Part shown: piece after piece, positions 63,601 through 63,744 of the stretch
How the letters are laid out: the number at the start of each line of letters is the position of its first letter
Numbering within the stretch: position 1 is the first letter of the stretch
Assembly (NCBI GenBank): GCA_003553905.1
Contig: PWEA01000035.1
Span: forward strand, 1-63,744
Length of the DNA: 63,744 nucleotides
From: Candidatus Aenigmatarchaeota archaeon
GTDB lineage: Archaea > Aenigmatarchaeota > Aenigmatarchaeia > PWEA01
Reading direction: 5' to 3'
The notes under the pieces: generated by a model
What the model was told of the DNA's origin: nothing
Databases searched by the model: none
What the model saw: the letters and a program-made list of their open reading frames with translations, nothing else
Translations under genes and position numbers: made by a program

Positions 63601-63744
63601 CTATTTCCTCCCCGCCGTCCCACTCCACAGTCACATTTGAATCTTCTGATCCCTTCACTTCTACAGAAAGTCTGCGTGCCGGACATCCTAAAAGTCTGTC
63701 ATCCACACCACCACTGAAAATCATCTGCCTTAGATTATCATCAA
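48602..63744 (-). CDS. Giant (>5040 aa) acidic multidomain cell-surface protein, 5' truncated by the window edge
   Basis: Frame stays open to the window end (DDNLRQ precedes the listed Met). Contains a PQQ-like propeller, many Ig/FN3-like repeats, a beta-helix-like region, a Gly linker, a PGF-pre-PGF-like domain, a TM helix and a C-terminal tail. Confidence 0.9.
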   Translation of the reverse strand, partial: DDNLRQMIFSGGVDDRLLGCPARRLSVEVKGSEDSNVTVEWDGGEEIVSDTFERPFFSDTEVTLEADPGPGSGYTFEHWGGDIDFEDKDDYDGRNNQITINVDHVGKDVDAYFMEEPEEPEDENDDCWKREHLDEINSVYKHGDLVYTGNDGGKVVAENLDGYVQWRHGFHEGSVRSVHVSGGTVYSASQDGTVLAYDIENHEIEWQHSLHDSDVMSVTSDGNMVYSGDAGLSKRVIAVDHSKLVNEYEGDVLEEEDLIEWDHEHHGNVASVFYYDGMVYSGGNAGDLVAVDAGDGSLQWKREDIHDGVVWSIDLEEQGWHGENGGPVLYSVSRHEGVKAVDAKTGEDVLGFDPDVEGEYALSVTDGGEYGELFIDDDGYLSAIDAKYGSKIWHHDHHGADIQAIDSVADEAVYSGDADGYLVGCRYSNSPRISNPNPPDKSGFVNTTPTLSVEVERANDMYMYLESQEDDRFSDQVFVGKKEDHDGSGTTFSASIGDDGDEIENELLVGVTYTWTVEASNDLNEDKTEVFTFTVGEDVNKPEVDLTYPVGDEGVSSTPNLCANVSSETMSGSEDNTVEVEIFLADSQVDGFDISYNQTVCRNIEDHGFDPLEFGETYDWSVSAKDVMGQKSSNQSWFTVRDELSGNITDLSPNGTDVGFDEKLSANISVYHQPFDVMFFIDGDEVHTLNDREVNGTFKSPSLQDISDFDVEYGTDYQWHVKVVDSEGLESVKSEDFTTTEPPEPNIINPEPADNENDVSIGTSLSAELESDYYPLDVSFELYGGQHDGEVYSTTVSSDGRVETGSLALEYAEEYEWNVTVDDGFNDYSSSTYSFTAEYPDPPEMSQFYPQDGDDSVPLSANLSLFVETETEDTSVRIYLEGENVLEDGYTVDSDGLVHTNSLEDMGYGEYEKTFEWQVEVEDETGQVVISDMMEFTTADVPVPEISNPVPLDNSESIDPDTDLSARISGIEYPINWTIYLNGNNINGSTLYEDDDSKVTAAYDLEYDSEYTWTVTAVNDIGVMEVKEYTFSTMEPPVPMIDSETPSDGSIGVDVTENLTVNVSGDASDDIGPINYEIYLDGVRVKDGETEEGEYVEEELIVGEGEFEDAFGEPELEYGTEYTWDVVAWNQVGGQTEAEYTFTTVDPPLPQVYDPDPSHGHHNVDVDTNLTFNLTTAGDGNSTYPIEYVVYLDDGEEEAWVDHGSVDENDDERVVVDLEEQLGGELEFGTKYTWTVEAVNDVGGETAEEFEFITAEPDDPDINIKYPSDGQDEVSRTPNLCINVSSETLPTSDEDRRVSVDFHFEDDIIYSTEVSYDRDNLCVDLEDQTGEKLEFDETYDWAVFAEDYFGGSDSDSASFTVREEDAPDIELQEPNDGATVSFQDVLEARVENVSYKPYEVRFIIGSTVVYTEEQVEYDDVTFVTDSLETLASDNEGFDLEYDRDYSWRVQAIDDEGLGTIEGPRTFTTEKPDEPVIVDISPEDGEANVPSYTNISVTVESYGTPTDIEITVDEEGGDEVDSFVYTMESDGTEEFETSGLELETSTDYNWTLNVTDSFGGSVEDEYSFSTRVEPEIVSAHRKPEYPETEDDIRFYIYVNDSSSSFSDMTAEYYIERLSYHNEEYKSDPEVLEGTVGCTAINNSQLDPNITADFECIKTISSDQTLKGDKYTAEFRPYNGLVYGQWSEFQQAYVNNTAPTAENVEIIPEHPNASSTLELTYDFVDVNEMDEENESARMVRWWKYNDTAEEEDWIHLNESDNETTLDEVFVRDDFIKVGVRVKDVDDTWEAWQNPKRDEVWRNATVEIVDREIDPSNLNVTNIPGNRGGNLSLTWDWIGDEDELGNFSVYRWEEGDHDKVNVKNLSLDDDITTDYQGEYKAVDDGWNMGEDNNLSNTETYCYQIRAVMEDGETSYPTAKNCASPNAVPLMVNITVEPENQTIEDRDEAKFIGFVEDEDAGSGDIEVHWSIQETTYEGEVNTYTGTVGCTYFGDQWEDPQGNATHECIVSYGDRVNNYRKASKYLFEMTPDDGVEKGDPIETENHTVIENAPPRAEDVSITPDEPDEDTDLTCEYTFVDPDDDPENESAAEFRWYRDIDGTGQWIEIQGENTSTLDSSNFEGSDGIMCEVKVSDIDENNWATRTESKSDTQFRESSPVYIDTVHRPGIRDYWNTAEREVDAVSVDDVIHFGVEWMHEEDEEIDLRICDRIGNDENQYEGGQDNITFGNGTEAWFYTGEKGLVSDELSVKPFDSESGQDHTDFSYSIELYEVDEQGDTDGEFIEKISNLAFTIGEWNTFKVSVSSESDKHIAFRVSGEEGEEVYVRANETGGSNLAIEENGDSVNYYDPEVMVSYQKDGYDCVGEKYCEVDSTSENPINCSYVVEDLGQGNHSYDMRVYDSEGHTSTVRSHHFYVEHTGPSITNVSIEPEEPETSSELTCKYNFTDPDGFSEDKSLTEFKWERNRDGINEWVEIDDETDQTLDESWLTRDDEIRCSVNATNEVGVSTGFEVSPSVVVEGISPPTIVDYFNDATEDSPVHKGGNITFGLEWLDEDSDEFDVFICEEVSSTEEQGMEESDTSLVFGGDPAWFYTSRTGERVETVSIRLEEFYNGTDLVNESGERTDHIYTISAYNLDEANDTDDESPVAVEKGISLKNDEYVHIGFSNAQAMADDVLGFEICVDEEGDGDCDEGMDRWASVRANSSGEHIARNASSDNVYNPDINLNYRSSGEDCYGNTYCVSEVSEQEDYGEYSCSYSTEDGTFDEVNSYEMQVCDDTGGCSNVVDGTFYMNLPPTATDVNVTPDPAPEGSELECVYNFDPINEEFEVEEDESSTEFRWYVSDEFKSDGRTFSGEFTTDDEVQCAVRVYDEFGLMDQEFRYSDKAEIRSIPTKPIIWDFPEVVSNDTIDIIGYIEEEEVDTVHAQALDPDNNVKEAFQSELQDTSKAGESISETFVSSGKDHVKVSVDSSEGFNRSNYIKIQGQSLDYFKYYNITGREHVMHEDGDMYKLHLNESLVRDVEIGDRLFAYNESYPNNWFNLSLGLHEGDNTVRIRGNNTAGNGVIFEGDVYYDAYGPYIDISQVPDGSSDKQNKWNFTVSDDIGTDPNSILVNITDSAGNSEYYSYNSSQFDYLQNVNETVECVSGEKYSCEVDVYMEEGEYNITFSAEDIIGNKGTSSRTGFEVWTGRLEPPEVYREGSVVYDRNLFLNWSVEYDDIWSLEYRVKEEESSDYITDWIGANLQERTDTNLTTDKLDLINHTSYVFEVRYKRYKWDRWSEIGVSGSMKFVEQDEPSEPPTSVNITVPGSVHTDPVLWANWTDSYSSVGIERYEYAAGVDIYGEEGWDNLTDGWVSSGLDTYVEESFELEDQEEYYFSVKAIDKHGYQSNVTSSQPITYYNQTKLETEVVSVENDTYTEDGWLDDIDDGYTNITVEGNREITCYYSRDYDTTFANMKEDFEEEYDETNVEAGGKCNATGDSGYNQTCRIPDLDESIYTYYIACRGPYYEHDSPDKNMEVDLVVDHSAPTIKIYHPEELDYSERQGKFGPNDRFSVNITDYPGGVDTQAFNITDSNEEVVESGSLEMTIGDEHSGNYTYDWDTEDIDSGEYNFTVEAEDAYGHTSTKTRTFELDKIPPNITVDTEGHVNGSYFQDSFNITTDIEDFVYAGMGVSNGSTHFPSLNKNITAEGYGDTESWEAFVNISELSDGEYTVTYAAYDSVGNIALNSTRFFVNRHSWFNSSNPIEDQEWIENTKNEEAVHLAEHFVNTVDSTTYRHTDPENIDVSLVDGRFKELSVWNITEDVNSSVVFDRNKDNAEVYVDSGVSENITLSQNFTVDGSTEYELGLSHRANNTDPAEFDYGVMFRTYDSSDNIVGSQKYSVDATENWSELEYTYTTEEDADIMEVVLEQNPQAGDLAHNVSSLSEWKDITLFEYYEEPRVTFIPDDHWSGARNITFFANDTYGVEQPTNEFTLTVTDDYCNPPESGTWEIDQEETAICGAPNNELIEDLDEIKVLGDTTINMTGLDLDMPVYFTDQSTGYIKDSSFTETVYIQDESSVTAWNSSFDDVVVEDNSEFRIEDSPNTVENLIINGTTVDVVNSVVKTVEFIKGQGTIENSYIIDGAIIHVGENEDSYIDLGQGSSVDGVFDTDSGTLDLISTSINEINLTMGSDSTVDMVGSLVDELDGRYANYINSTDSEVRGRLRTSGNVDLNESYVELLDLRGSAELMSYGDSSEIGVLVASDEHGSPSIKGNITIGSVDEVKGEITRFYPVHILNKAGDELEFVDINGVPHIDYSNPIDLNETFSKPDGLVELMVEGLNFRNLTLDKNTPVFIQNRILDPENDGLPISESYNESLRIIGDSTWLGGNLDVPNITVDSFTDLDEAEENAEEGKVPIEIGDGSDTIVEFNWNLTLDHQFQVINVDQSSDNYGDRIEVYTGEKDYNDDPRNWVRVSGVNLEDGGLDNENKTLYMDRNEWIFDSSSSLCVKDAEIDDIGEITDDCSGDAEHLITCGEGPVDGIGCEVNGDSYEITGLESSAAIEMPRIPPGYSDPSPEDGATGVSTSPGLSVTVENNHDDETLDVVFYDKETDDIIAEDVNVGSGERAGIEWTGLDHDETYGWYVEVSDGVATTTSEQWEFTTAEEEDDTGTGGGGGGGYAGPSDDDDGKYIVIDGDEADETVRIEEIRIDDGDTRTIEIDDSSIALYKIEIKAKNSISDGWIGIDDLEGPFDTYPSKEGHELDEKERWDVDTNIKDDVEYVTFFFELDRGRIEDEEDIGLWREMDRWEELRTTEIEGVDNFNRYKASVFDFSHFSVSGMKEDRVVDREVMGTVEGNVYDHMGSPVDEGTVDLYRSDDFTEEPVESVRITDGYYRFHSVEPDYEYWIVVDDVDGHSVMEKTQFVMSGETYGVDFTLEKEDDRMFTPLWWILAVIIAIPILISLAWLFIGGKKSKSPYSFDNKTDSTNRSRNKSKKSSLMNGKAPIRTIKKNPNRFANRRVTVSGRVRPVKEMNGVVKYKISDGTGTVNGVTSSGDHRGTGTIEGVVRLKNGEPYIYF
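59030..62460 (-). repeat. About 11 tandem ~95-aa Ig/FN3-like repeats in the giant protein
   Basis: Recurring P.DG...V....L...V ... LE(Y/F).T.Y.W.V.A.D..G.....FTT. Confidence 0.85.

Noticed and set aside
1..63744. CRISPR arrays, transposases, integrases or prophage genes
   Set aside because: No regularly spaced DNA repeats or mobile-element motifs seen; the longer repeats found are intragenic protein-domain repeats

Overview
Archaeal chromosome segment, most likely a small-genome DPANN lineage such as Aenigmarchaeota or a Nanohaloarchaeota relative. That assignment is inferred from split RpoB and RpoA, trimmed ribosomal proteins, a stand-alone 5S gene and acidic surface proteins. Bases 1-28.8 kb hold the ribosomal protein supercluster (S10-spc-alpha-L13), secY, cbf5, the RNA polymerase operon, 5S rRNA and tRNAs. 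Bases 28.8-35.8 kb hold housekeeping genes and tRNAs. Bases 35.8-63.7 kb hold a cell-surface region: three paralogous lipoproteins, membrane proteins, pelota, and a >5000 aa surface protein that runs off the window edge. Main finding: four tRNA genes (Ser-UGA, Leu-UAA, Lys-UUU, Ser-CGA) have anticodon introns that each carry a box D/C kink-turn preceded by an antisense guide to the host tRNA. In every case the N+5 rule points to U34 or U39, suggesting a family of intron-encoded, self-targeting single-guide box C/D RNAs beyond the known tRNA-Trp case. Also notable: both Ser tRNAs have three introns each, the aIF1/SUI1 gene can only start at a non-canonical ATC, a small unannotated Zn-ribbon gene sits inside the spc operon, and the giant surface protein ends in an OB-fold-like tail. 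All calls were made by eye; no searches were run.
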